DNA of 64,000 nucleotides from a virus (Duplodnaviria > Caudoviricetes), in the IMG/VR virus record IMGVR_UViG_3300012041_000002, positions 1 through 64,000 of that record. One strand, written 5' to 3'. Shown here in pieces: positions 33,729-42,335 of this stretch. A program made the translations under genes and the position numbers. Numbering within the stretch: position 1 is the first letter of the stretch; each line of letters starts with the position of its first letter. Under the pieces are notes generated by a model. That model worked only from the letters and a program-made list of their open reading frames with translations, ran no database searches and was not told the DNA's origin.

Positions 33729-34664
33729 ATGAACTTGGAGGCGACTGTTACGAAGTTGAAGAAACTGAGTGCGGAGAACACGTTTGAGAAGATTAAGTTG
33801 TTTCGTGAGAAGCCCGGGTTTATACCGGGCATAAGTACGGGGTACCCAAAACTGGACAGGAAGCTGGGCGGCTTACAGGCGCGAACGTTTACACTTCTGG
33901 CCGCCCGTCCGAAGGTGGGTAAGAGTGCGCTGGTGCTCAACATAGTGCTCAATGCTGGGCTGGATGGCAAACGGGTGGCTTTTTTCTCGCAGGAAATGTC
34001 TGAGGACCAGCTACTGTGGCGTCTGGCGTCCATGACGTCCGGGATACCCGGGCAGGCGATACGGGAGGGGTTCAGGTACGAACATGGCGTTGAGGTGCCC
34101 TTGCAGGAGTATGAGTACGAGCTGTTCCAGAAGGGGGCCGAGTATGCCACCACCCTACCAATCGGGCTGCACGTAGGGGGCATCACCACAGACGCCATGT
34201 GGAAGGTACTCGAGGAGCTTGAAGGCAGAATAGACATTGCGGTAACCGACCATATCGGGCTGCACACTGATATGCCCACGGCATCTCCATACCAGCGTGT
34301 TACGGCAGTCACCCGCTCCCTCAAGGATATGAAACTGCGGTTCAACATTCCGATACTGGGTGTAGCGCAACTCTCGCGCTCGGTAGAGCAGCGAGAGGAT
34401 AAGAGGCCACAGATTTATGATTTGCGGGACTCCGGTAGCGCCGAGCAAGACGCAGACACTATCCTGCTCATGTACCGTGCGGATTATTACGTGCCACAGG
34501 ACGATGCTGCCGCTGCCAAGCCGTCAGATGTGGAGTTGAATGTGGCGGCTAACCGGGATGGGCCTACTGGAGTAGTGCATTTTCATTACGACAGGGCCAC
34601 CCAGAGGTTCACGGAGAAAGGGAGCGATGGCAGCCAGACGAGTGAGGACGAAGCGCCTTTCTGA
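33729..34664 (+). CDS. DnaB-like replicative helicase (C-terminal RecA domain only)
   Basis: TGYPKLD..LGG; LAARPKVGKS; FSQEM; DHIGL; AQLSR..E.R.DKRP...DLRDSGSAEQDAD. Confidence 0.93.
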   Translation: MNLEATVTKLKKLSAENTFEKIKLFREKPGFIPGISTGYPKLDRKLGGLQARTFTLLAARPKVGKSALVLNIVLNAGLDGKRVAFFSQEMSEDQLLWRLASMTSGIPGQAIREGFRYEHGVEVPLQEYEYELFQKGAEYATTLPIGLHVGGITTDAMWKVLEELEGRIDIAVTDHIGLHTDMPTASPYQRVTAVTRSLKDMKLRFNIPILGVAQLSRSVEQREDKRPQIYDLRDSGSAEQDADTILLMYRADYYVPQDDAAAAKPSDVELNVAANRDGPTGVVHFHYDRATQRFTEKGSDGSQTSEDEAPF

Positions 34665-34786
34665 AATTGCGGTTGTAGAGAGGCGTGTATCAGGGTTGCG
34701 TACACGAAAATTGTTTCTACTGGACGACGAACGCGGGCAACTTGTAGCGCTGGAGTGGGTTCTCAGGTTGCTAAAAGGTGAATTGA

Positions 34787-34990
34787 ATGAAATGGATTAC
34801 CGATAGGTGCGCGGTGGTGGAATGCAGTAAGAAGGCGCCCAAGGATGCAGAGCTTCTGGACGAGTGGACAGAACTCAACAGTACAGCCTCGGTAGACGGG
34901 CGTGTAGTTAGCATCACGGTGCTTGTGTGCCCGCAGTGCGCGAAGAAAGTGTTAGCGCACCAGAAGGGAGAGATTAGCCTTGTCAAGTGA
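34787..34990 (+). CDS. small Zn-binding protein
   Basis: CAVVEC...CPQC. Confidence 0.6.
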   Translation: MKWITDRCAVVECSKKAPKDAELLDEWTELNSTASVDGRVVSITVLVCPQCAKKVLAHQKGEISLVK

Positions 34991-35507
34991 GCATGAAGAG
35001 CAGGTAGCCTTCTTCCGTATGGTGCGCCAGTACCGTGACTACCCAGAGTACCACAAGTTGCAGGCGGTGTTCGCTGTGCCCAACGGTAACAAGCGCGAGG
35101 GTGCGGTGGCCCAGTCCCTGTCCGACGAGGGTGTGGAGCCGGGTGTGCCGGATGTGCTAATCCTTGCCTACGGGGAAGATAACTCTTTCTCCGAGTCGGA
35201 ATTTGTTGAAGTGTACGGGTTCGCTGCCATAGAGTTCAAGAAGCCAGGGCGTGAGAAAGAACGTGCCCGTATGGGTAACGTTGAGCCATTCTACGTTGGC
35301 AAGTCTGAGATACGCCCGATTGGTTTGAGGGACTCAAACAAGATGGTTACAACCGGGGGGTTCTCGGACTACCAGCTTGGGTGGGCAACCATAATTTCTG
35401 AGAACAGTGGAGACTACTTCGCTGCTTACAACTGGGTAGACGCATGGAATTACCTGTGTGACTATCTGGATTACCCAGCACTAAAAGTGAATAAGGAGGC
35501 AGCATAG
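34980..35507 (+). CDS. VRR-NUC family nuclease
   Basis: EHEEQ...FAVPNG.KR...EGVEPGVPDV...IEFK. Confidence 0.85.
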   Translation: MSSEHEEQVAFFRMVRQYRDYPEYHKLQAVFAVPNGNKREGAVAQSLSDEGVEPGVPDVLILAYGEDNSFSESEFVEVYGFAAIEFKKPGREKERARMGNVEPFYVGKSEIRPIGLRDSNKMVTTGGFSDYQLGWATIISENSGDYFAAYNWVDAWNYLCDYLDYPALKVNKEAA

Positions 35508-36436
35508 TGCCTGAAATCATAGACGGTGAGTATGAAGTGCTCGACGATGATGGCCCTGTGACATTTCTGGACGAGGCGCCAATACCCCCGGGTGAGGTGT
35601 ACGTCGGCGAGAGCGATAAGGGTATTTTTCTGGATGCTTCGGACATCGAGGAGTTGATAAAGGACTCGTCGCTTGTGAATGTGGCCCAGGAGCAGAACCC
35701 ACAAACCCTCGATATTCTGGCCGAGGCTTTTCCCAGCCTGCGCCCGGGAATAGACGAAGCCAAGCATGAGCGGTTGTTACTGTGCAAGGACGACATCACC
35801 AACGCCCTGCGCATCAGCAATTCCATGATGATGTTTGTGGCTGGCAAGGTTCTTCTAATCGAGAGGGAGCGCCTGTACGAGGCCGAGATAAACCAACGTA
35901 CAGGAGAGCCGTACAAGTCCATGTACGAATACTACCCGGACTTGCTCGACGAACTGCGCTCTACGGTGATGCACAAGCTGTCCAAGCGGCAGGTGCAAGC
36001 CTACGTGGCTATACACAAGGTGCTGGTGGAGGGGCTCGGGGTTACCACGGACACCATTGAGCAAATCGGGGTGTCCAACGCCACCGAGCTGCTCGAGGCC
36101 ACCGATTACAACCCACGCACTGGACAGGTTGCCGAGGAGCCACGCCCGGGCAAGCTGGGCAAGGTTGAGGTACTGGATATGCTGGCCCAGATAGCCGACG
36201 AAGCGTGGGATTACAAACAAACGAGGCAGGCGCTCGGAGAGGCCCGCGGGGTTATGCAGCGCACTGTACACGTCAACTGGGAGCCGTCCGGCATACCAAA
36301 GGGCTCCACCCTGGCGCTCACAGGAATCACCATCTTCGAAGATGGGGTGCCACAGGGCTACATGGCATACAAGCCTGAGCTGGCCGAGTGGTTGACTAAG
36401 AAGCTGGGTGCGACTAGCAATCTGGAGGAGTTGTAG
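35507..36436 (+). CDS. hypothetical protein
   Basis: 309-aa acidic ORF with AAGGAGG RBS. Confidence 0.75.
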   Translation: MPEIIDGEYEVLDDDGPVTFLDEAPIPPGEVYVGESDKGIFLDASDIEELIKDSSLVNVAQEQNPQTLDILAEAFPSLRPGIDEAKHERLLLCKDDITNALRISNSMMMFVAGKVLLIERERLYEAEINQRTGEPYKSMYEYYPDLLDELRSTVMHKLSKRQVQAYVAIHKVLVEGLGVTTDTIEQIGVSNATELLEATDYNPRTGQVAEEPRPGKLGKVEVLDMLAQIADEAWDYKQTRQALGEARGVMQRTVHVNWEPSGIPKGSTLALTGITIFEDGVPQGYMAYKPELAEWLTKKLGATSNLEEL

Positions 36437-36693
36437 TGGTTACGAAGATTAGGATTACCGGGCTGTGGACTGGGGGCATTGCCCCGTTCGTGGCCGAGGT
36501 GGATTGGGGTGACGACAGCACCATGCTGAAACTTCCCCTCAGTTTGGAGAACGCTGTGGTGCTGCCTGGGGTAGCAGGCCCCTTTGGGGGTGTTGAGATG
36601 GAGTCAAGCGGGGTGGTGTCAGGGTACAACCTGATGGGTGAGTGGGTGGACATACCGGCTGGGCCATACCCGGCTTATTCTGAGGCCAAATGA
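36436..36693 (+). CDS. hypothetical protein
   Basis: GGAGG RBS. Confidence 0.6.
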   Translation: MVTKIRITGLWTGGIAPFVAEVDWGDDSTMLKLPLSLENAVVLPGVAGPFGGVEMESSGVVSGYNLMGEWVDIPAGPYPAYSEAK

Positions 36694-36724
36694 CTTTTTC
36701 GCGGGGGCGAGAGATGAAGATTAG

Positions 36725-37042
36725 TTGCCAGAATACGTGCGTATCGAATATACGCGATACATTATCGAGAACGTGCTCAAGAATTTTCCTGAGCTTTACA
36801 CCATGTCCCGACACGGGAACATCGGTGACGGAACCAGCACGCAGTTGATTACCATCATGCTGTGTGACATTGAGAAGGCAGGTGCGCAGGTGCCCAAGGA
36901 TTTACATCCTTACATCACTTCCCTGTTCGTGGCCGGCGACGGTGCGCTAGTCGGCGAGCCTTATGCTGCCTGTTCTGGGCAGGACTTCGAGAACATCTGT
37001 AACGAGATGTACGAGGTGCTCAACATTATCGGGCTTGATTAG
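36725..37042 (+). CDS. hypothetical protein
   Basis: 105-aa ORF. Confidence 0.55.
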   Translation: MPEYVRIEYTRYIIENVLKNFPELYTMSRHGNIGDGTSTQLITIMLCDIEKAGAQVPKDLHPYITSLFVAGDGALVGEPYAACSGQDFENICNEMYEVLNIIGLD

Positions 37043-37054
37043 AGGGGGAACATT

Positions 37055-37726
37055 ATGCAGTGTATAGCAATTAGCGGTAAGTTTTGTAGCGGAAAGGATA
37101 GCCTGGCTAACGAGTTGATTGCGTTGGACGAGCGCTACCGCCGTATAAGCCTGGCCGACGCCTTGAAGCAAGATATTTGCGATTTGTGCTGTGTGCCTCT
37201 GGCTACACTAAACGCCAACAAGCATATCTATCGTGGGCTGTTACAGGCATACGGGGTGGTGATGCGCGACGTTTGGGGTGACGACTACTGGGTGGACAGG
37301 CTTTTCGATGATGCTCGGGCAGCAGGGAATGAGCACCTGATTATAGCAGACGTGCGCTTTCCCAGCGAGGTACTGGGCATAAAGGGTTTCCTTGGTGAGG
37401 AGAACACTCACCTGATAAGGCTCACCGCACCTATAGAGGTGCTGGTGGAGCGCTATAAGGAGATTTATGGAACGGAACCTACTGAGGAGCAACTTCGGCA
37501 CTCGTCCGAAACAGCTCTTGATGATTATGTTGCGCCGGGCGTCAGCTTTCATCAGTACCTTCGCTCTGACTTGGGTAGCCCTAAATTGCTGGCACGCATT
37601 GTTGCAGACACCCTCGCGTCGAAGGGCTTTGATTTCGGCCCGGCTCCGGTTGTGCAGGAAGCAGTGGTTTTGGAAGCATATAAGGGAACTGATGGAGGAC
37701 AAGATGCCGATAGTGCAGCCGCGTAA
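37055..37726 (+). CDS. deoxynucleoside monophosphate kinase
   Basis: ISGKFCSGKD; LADALK; R.LLQ.YG..R; IIADVRF..E; HSSETALD. Confidence 0.88.
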   Translation: MQCIAISGKFCSGKDSLANELIALDERYRRISLADALKQDICDLCCVPLATLNANKHIYRGLLQAYGVVMRDVWGDDYWVDRLFDDARAAGNEHLIIADVRFPSEVLGIKGFLGEENTHLIRLTAPIEVLVERYKEIYGTEPTEEQLRHSSETALDDYVAPGVSFHQYLRSDLGSPKLLARIVADTLASKGFDFGPAPVVQEAVVLEAYKGTDGGQDADSAAA

Positions 37727-38321
37727 GGTAGCCATTATAGACATAGACGGGGTGCTGTGCTGCACCTGCCCAACCGCGATGAACAAGCTGCGGAAGGCCG
37801 AGGGGCTGCTGCCCGTGCCCCCTCCTACGGAGTATGGGCTTAGTGATTACTTCTCCACCGAGCGGGAATACTGCCTCAAGGCTTTCAAGGAGCCGAAGGT
37901 ATACGAGTTGTGCGAGCCGTTCGAGGGGGCTGTTGATGCCGTCAAGGAGATAGCCACCAAGTTCGATATTTGTTATTTTACTGCCCGAGGGGTTGACTAT
38001 AATCAAACTATCGATGATAATAGTATCGGTGATGTTACCCTGAGATGGCTTCGGCAGCAAGGCTTCCCGGAAGCGCCTACGTGCTTCCTCGGGCCTGGGG
38101 AAACGAAAGTACAGGTGGCTAAATCCCACTATGGGAACGACATAGCCTTCATAGTCGAGGATAAGTTTGCCACGGCAAATGACTTCGCAGAAGCGGGGAT
38201 AGAGGCTTTCCTTGTGCGCTACCCATACAACTGGCAAGCGCAGTACCCGTCGAAGGTTATACCGGTAGGCTCAATCAAGGACGTACCGTTCTGGGCGAAG
38301 CTGCTGGGAATGGAGAAGTAA
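37704..38321 (+). CDS. HAD-family 5'(3')-deoxyribonucleotidase-like protein
   Basis: IDIDGVL; P.EGAV.AV; TAR; FIVED; PYN. Confidence 0.82.
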   Translation: MPIVQPRKVAIIDIDGVLCCTCPTAMNKLRKAEGLLPVPPPTEYGLSDYFSTEREYCLKAFKEPKVYELCEPFEGAVDAVKEIATKFDICYFTARGVDYNQTIDDNSIGDVTLRWLRQQGFPEAPTCFLGPGETKVQVAKSHYGNDIAFIVEDKFATANDFAEAGIEAFLVRYPYNWQAQYPSKVIPVGSIKDVPFWAKLLGMEK

Positions 38322-38322
38322 G

Positions 38323-40470
38323 GTGGTGTTAGTGGAATCCGTTGCGTATGAACTGTTTGAGGCACCGAGGATTGAGGCCAGCCCTGCTAGTAAATACGTG
38401 TATGTGCGTGATGGAGTGGAGTTTTGCAACTGGATGGGGGATATATACGCGAATACCCACAGGATACTTTCGTTCGATGTTGAGACTACCGGGCTGCAAG
38501 CCGTGGCCGAGAAGCTGGTGTTGGTGCAGATTCACCATCGGGACTTCCCAACTATCGTTGCCGATGCCCGCTACATATCACCTAAGCACCTCATTATGGG
38601 GCTGGTGGACATCATGCAGGATGAGAAGTGGCTCAAGATTGCGCACAACGCCCAGTTCGACTACGGGTTCATTCTGCACCACCTGAAAGTACGCACCGTG
38701 CGTATGTACGACACCATGCTGGCCGAGAAGCTCATCACGGCAGGGTACCTGTTCGGTGGTAACACTCTGGCAGACGTCGCCCGCAAATACTGCGGGCACA
38801 TCATGGACAAGAGTGTGCGTATGGACTTCCCTACGCTTGGCGACAAGGACTTGACAGAGGTGCAGTTAGAATATGCTGCCTCGGACGTGCAGGTTTTGGA
38901 AGGCATTATGAACCTCCAGATACCCAAGCTAAAGGAGCGAGAGCTGATGAAGGTTGCCAAACTGGAGTTTGCCCTCATCCCCGCGCTATCCGAAGCGCAC
39001 CTGCACGGAGTGTCGGTGGACAGGGAACGGTGGATGGAGCACCTTGCGTATCTGGAGGGGGAAGAGAAGCGTCGTGGGGAGGCTCTCGTAGCGGAGCTAC
39101 AACCATACCACCAGATGTACCAGTCGGAGAAGTATGCCGAGCAGGAGGCTGTGTACAATACGAAACTGGCCCAGTATCAGGCCGAGAAGGACTTACGAGC
39201 GCAGCGTGGGGCAGAGTTCAAGAAGGCTATGATTGAAAACGGCAAGAGTAGCGGAGAGGCACAGAAGCTGCTCAACGCATGGAAGAAGGACAATCCACCC
39301 CCGAAGAAACCCCCGGCACCCGGCGATTTGCGTGAGGAGCCCATCAACCTTGGTTCCAGTAACCAGCTTGGTGGGGCGTTGAAGATGTACACGGTGCCAG
39401 TCAAGCAGAATGAGCTGGGTAACTTCTCCATCGACAAGGAAACCTTGAAGCTACTTTCTGCGGAGTTCCCCATATGTCAGGATATACTCGACTGGCGGGA
39501 AGTGCAGACGATACTCGAATCGTTTGGCACGAATGTTTTAGAGAGGGCTTCGTTCGACGGCAGGTTGCACCCCACATTCAAGCAGTACGGGGCAGTGTCA
39601 GGGCGTATGGCCTGTGCGGAACCAAACGTGCAGCAGATACCGGGGAACGAGATAGGTGGGGAGCTGCGGCGATGCTTTGTTGCCGGGCCGGGGAACGTGC
39701 TACTCGACTTGGACTATTCCAACATTGAGCTGCGTATACTGGCCGACTTGGCAAACGCCCGTGGGATGATAAAAGCCTTCCACGATGGAGTGGATTTGCA
39801 CTCCGTAACCGCCTGCAAAATGTTCGGGTTCAACTACGATGATATGGTGAGGGTGCTGGCACTCGAACACCCCGAAGGAGAGGATGTCAAGAAAGCGGCT
39901 ACCTACAACAAGCATCGCAAGATTGCCAAGACAATCAACTTCGGAGTTCCTTACGGGCAGTCTCCAGCCGGGTTTGCCCGCCACCTGAACCTTCCTTACA
40001 TGAAGGCTAAGGAATACATGGAAGCCTACTTTGACGCCAACCCGGAGGTAGAGAGGTGGCTAAAGCAAAATTCCATGTACTGCCTGCGGCTGGGTTACAC
40101 GGAGACATTGCTTGGGCGCAAGCGTTTCTTTGACGTACCTCGGATGCCCTTCAACCCGGACGATATACCCGACTACAAAAGGCAGATTGGCTCAATCAAG
40201 CGCTGGAGCAATAACCACCCCATTCAGGGGCTATCGGCTGACATCACCAAGCTGGCTATTGTCAAGCTGTACAAGGCTTTACGCGAGAGGGGGCTAAAGT
40301 CCAAGATGATTATGTTCGTCCATGACGAGATTGTAATCGAGTCACCTGTGGAAGAGGCCGAGGAGGTTATGGCCCTCGCATCCACAAAGATGCGAGAGGC
40401 CGGAGAATACTTCATCACCAAGGTGCCTGTGGAGATAGGCACCAAGAGTGGAGTGTACTGGAGTCACTAA
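38323..40470 (+). CDS. DNA polymerase family A with 3'-5' exonuclease
   Basis: SFDVETTGL, HNAQFD, YAASDV; GRMAC.EPN.QQIP; DYSNIELR; RKIAKTINFG.PYG; N.PIQG.SAD.TK; HDEIV. Confidence 0.96.
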   Translation: MVLVESVAYELFEAPRIEASPASKYVYVRDGVEFCNWMGDIYANTHRILSFDVETTGLQAVAEKLVLVQIHHRDFPTIVADARYISPKHLIMGLVDIMQDEKWLKIAHNAQFDYGFILHHLKVRTVRMYDTMLAEKLITAGYLFGGNTLADVARKYCGHIMDKSVRMDFPTLGDKDLTEVQLEYAASDVQVLEGIMNLQIPKLKERELMKVAKLEFALIPALSEAHLHGVSVDRERWMEHLAYLEGEEKRRGEALVAELQPYHQMYQSEKYAEQEAVYNTKLAQYQAEKDLRAQRGAEFKKAMIENGKSSGEAQKLLNAWKKDNPPPKKPPAPGDLREEPINLGSSNQLGGALKMYTVPVKQNELGNFSIDKETLKLLSAEFPICQDILDWREVQTILESFGTNVLERASFDGRLHPTFKQYGAVSGRMACAEPNVQQIPGNEIGGELRRCFVAGPGNVLLDLDYSNIELRILADLANARGMIKAFHDGVDLHSVTACKMFGFNYDDMVRVLALEHPEGEDVKKAATYNKHRKIAKTINFGVPYGQSPAGFARHLNLPYMKAKEYMEAYFDANPEVERWLKQNSMYCLRLGYTETLLGRKRFFDVPRMPFNPDDIPDYKRQIGSIKRWSNNHPIQGLSADITKLAIVKLYKALRERGLKSKMIMFVHDEIVIESPVEEAEEVMALASTKMREAGEYFITKVPVEIGTKSGVYWSH

Positions 40471-40481
40471 GGAGTAATTAC

Positions 40482-40709
40482 ATGAAGATGTGGTTTTTGT
40501 CGACAGCAATACTGTTTGCGCTGGCCTTTATTCTTGGGCTGCACATATATCTCATACTACTCGTGGGGGAAACCTACGGGGGCGCAGCGGCTATATTGTA
40601 CGGGTTCTCCCCGATTATTGTTGCCGTGCTTGTAGCATTTGTGGGGGTTATACATACTGCTCTAACGAAAGGCACAGATGAACACCAGAATAACACAGGA
40701 GTACATTGA
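40482..40709 (+). CDS. small two-TM membrane protein
   Basis: two hydrophobic segments; AAGGAG RBS. Confidence 0.6.
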   Translation: MKMWFLSTAILFALAFILGLHIYLILLVGETYGGAAAILYGFSPIIVAVLVAFVGVIHTALTKGTDEHQNNTGVH

Positions 40710-40944
40710 AACTATAGTGGAGTCTTACTCACGTTCTGGCCCGCTAATATTGAAAGGCGATGCTAAGATTAGCAGGTTGCCGCAAATTGTACGGTGTGAG
40801 TATTGTAAGAGGGGGGCTTACGATACCCGGTTTGTGTGCGAAGGGTGTGGGGCGCCACTCCCAGTAGTAGAGCACCCCATGCTTCATTTATCTTACGTGG
40901 ATAAGTTCGACGAAGATTTGATAGTGCGATTTGGTGATAACTAA
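40678..40944 (+). CDS. Zn-ribbon hypothetical protein
   Basis: CEYC...CEGCGAP. Confidence 0.6.
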   Translation: MNTRITQEYIETIVESYSRSGPLILKGDAKISRLPQIVRCEYCKRGAYDTRFVCEGCGAPLPVVEHPMLHLSYVDKFDEDLIVRFGDN

Positions 40945-40965
40945 TGCTACACGAGGAGAACAAAG

Positions 40966-41709
40966 TTGAACCTGAAAAATAGTAGTACCAACGCTAATCC
41001 GTTTGTATTAGTAGAGCGGCCTTCGTTGGTAAACGTCGCCCCCGCGAACTTGCGAGGGCCAATCTCCTTATCCACCTCCGCCGGTGAGGGTACCTCTCCC
41101 AAAGGGGATAAAGAAATAGAGGACAACCGAAGGTTCCTGGAAACCTGTGGGGAGTTCTTTCTTTACTCGGAGATTGACGACAAAACCTACGAGTTAGCAG
41201 TCGCTATGCAGCGCTTCGCCCACTCCCACAAGGGTAAGAGCAACAAACCCCGTATCAAGCTGCACATTTCCTCCGGTGGAGGCAACATTGACGTGGGGTT
41301 GTCGCTGGGTGGGATGATTACCTCCATCAGGAACACCTACGGGGTTCTCACCGACACATACATACAGGGGCTGGCCGCATCCATGGCCGGTATCCTGGCC
41401 CAGTTCGGTAACCACCGCTACATCGACTCCAACTCCCAGTTCATGGTGCATGACATCTCCATAGGCGGGCGTTACAGGTTCGACACCCGGGACATTCTGG
41501 ATTTGACTCACATGGTTGACAACACCCGTAGCATCATAGCCAACATTTACGCAAGACGTAACACAGCCGGGTATACCAGCGCAGAAGATTGGATTACCAA
41601 GTATATGAACGGGCGTGACTACTGGCTCACGGCTCAGGAGGCTCTGGATATGGGGTTGGTAGACTCTATACTACCCGATTGCCCGGAGATGGTGAATGAA
41701 GCTCAATAA
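40966..41709 (+). CDS. ClpP-like serine protease
   Basis: I.S.GG....G; GLAASMA; FMVHD; DYWLTAQEALDMGLVD. Confidence 0.88.
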   Translation: MNLKNSSTNANPFVLVERPSLVNVAPANLRGPISLSTSAGEGTSPKGDKEIEDNRRFLETCGEFFLYSEIDDKTYELAVAMQRFAHSHKGKSNKPRIKLHISSGGGNIDVGLSLGGMITSIRNTYGVLTDTYIQGLAASMAGILAQFGNHRYIDSNSQFMVHDISIGGRYRFDTRDILDLTHMVDNTRSIIANIYARRNTAGYTSAEDWITKYMNGRDYWLTAQEALDMGLVDSILPDCPEMVNEAQ

Positions 41710-41724
41710 GTGCATAAAAGAGAA

Positions 41725-41740
41725 CCTCAAATATTTGAGG
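41725..41740. promoter_or_regulatory. 16-bp perfect palindrome, operator-like
   Basis: CCTCAAATATTTGAGG. Confidence 0.6.
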
Positions 41741-41785
41741 CGCCCTACAGCTATGTCTGTAGCCTTTGAGAAGTATTTACAGGAT

Positions 41786-41817
41786 AAAGAAAAGGGTAAG
41801 GCTGGTTAGCCTTACCC
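41786..41817 (-). terminator. terminator of the BlaI-like gene
   Basis: GGGTAAGGCT-4 nt-AGCCTTACCC then TTTTCTTT on minus strand. Confidence 0.75.
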
Positions 41818-42207
41818 CCTTTGGTTTACTGCGCTTTTCACAGCCTCGACACCAAACGTGTCGAACATGGCTTCCACAACCTTGTGTAGTTGGGAGTTCA
41901 TGTATTCGTCGTAGTTTTGGGTAACCGTATACCGGTAGGCTACGTCGGTTCTGTCTTGCCTTAGAAGCCCCTTCTTCACCAGTCTCACAAGTGTGGTGGT
42001 GATAGTCGGATAGGAGGGCTCTTCGTCCTCCACAGAGCGCGACAGCATTTCTTTGAACACCTGGGTAACCGTGGCGGAGTTCTTCTGCCACATGATGTCC
42101 ATTATTTCTTCTTCGAGGGAACCCAGGGCATTGATTCCCTCTATATCCAATCGGTTTGATTGTCCTCGAAGTACCTTCATTTCTAGTTGCTCACTCGTCA
42201 TTAGCAT
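41812..42207 (-). CDS. BlaI/MecI/CopY-family winged-helix transcriptional regulator
   Basis: LGSLEEEIMDIMW....TV..V...YPTITTTL.RLVKKGLL......AY.Y. Confidence 0.88.
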   Translation of the reverse strand: MLMTSEQLEMKVLRGQSNRLDIEGINALGSLEEEIMDIMWQKNSATVTQVFKEMLSRSVEDEEPSYPTITTTLVRLVKKGLLRQDRTDVAYRYTVTQNYDEYMNSQLHKVVEAMFDTFGVEAVKSAVNQRG

Positions 42208-42274
42208 TTATTGCCCTCCTTTGATTATACGTCTAACGTTACTCCTTGGGTAGTGGTAATAGTTTTCCACATTT

Positions 42275-42303
42275 AGTATACCACTTATCCACATACATTG
42301 CAA
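42275..42303 (-). promoter_or_regulatory. sigma70 promoter for BlaI-like gene
   Basis: TTGCAA-17-TATACT with TG extension. Confidence 0.7.
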
Positions 42304-42335
42304 TATCTGTGCCACAATAAATCCCCCTTTCCAAT

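Noticed and set aside
40966-41709. ClpP-like gene as capsid maturation protease
   Set aside because: It lies outside the head module, and a protease/scaffold gene is already present between portal and capsid.
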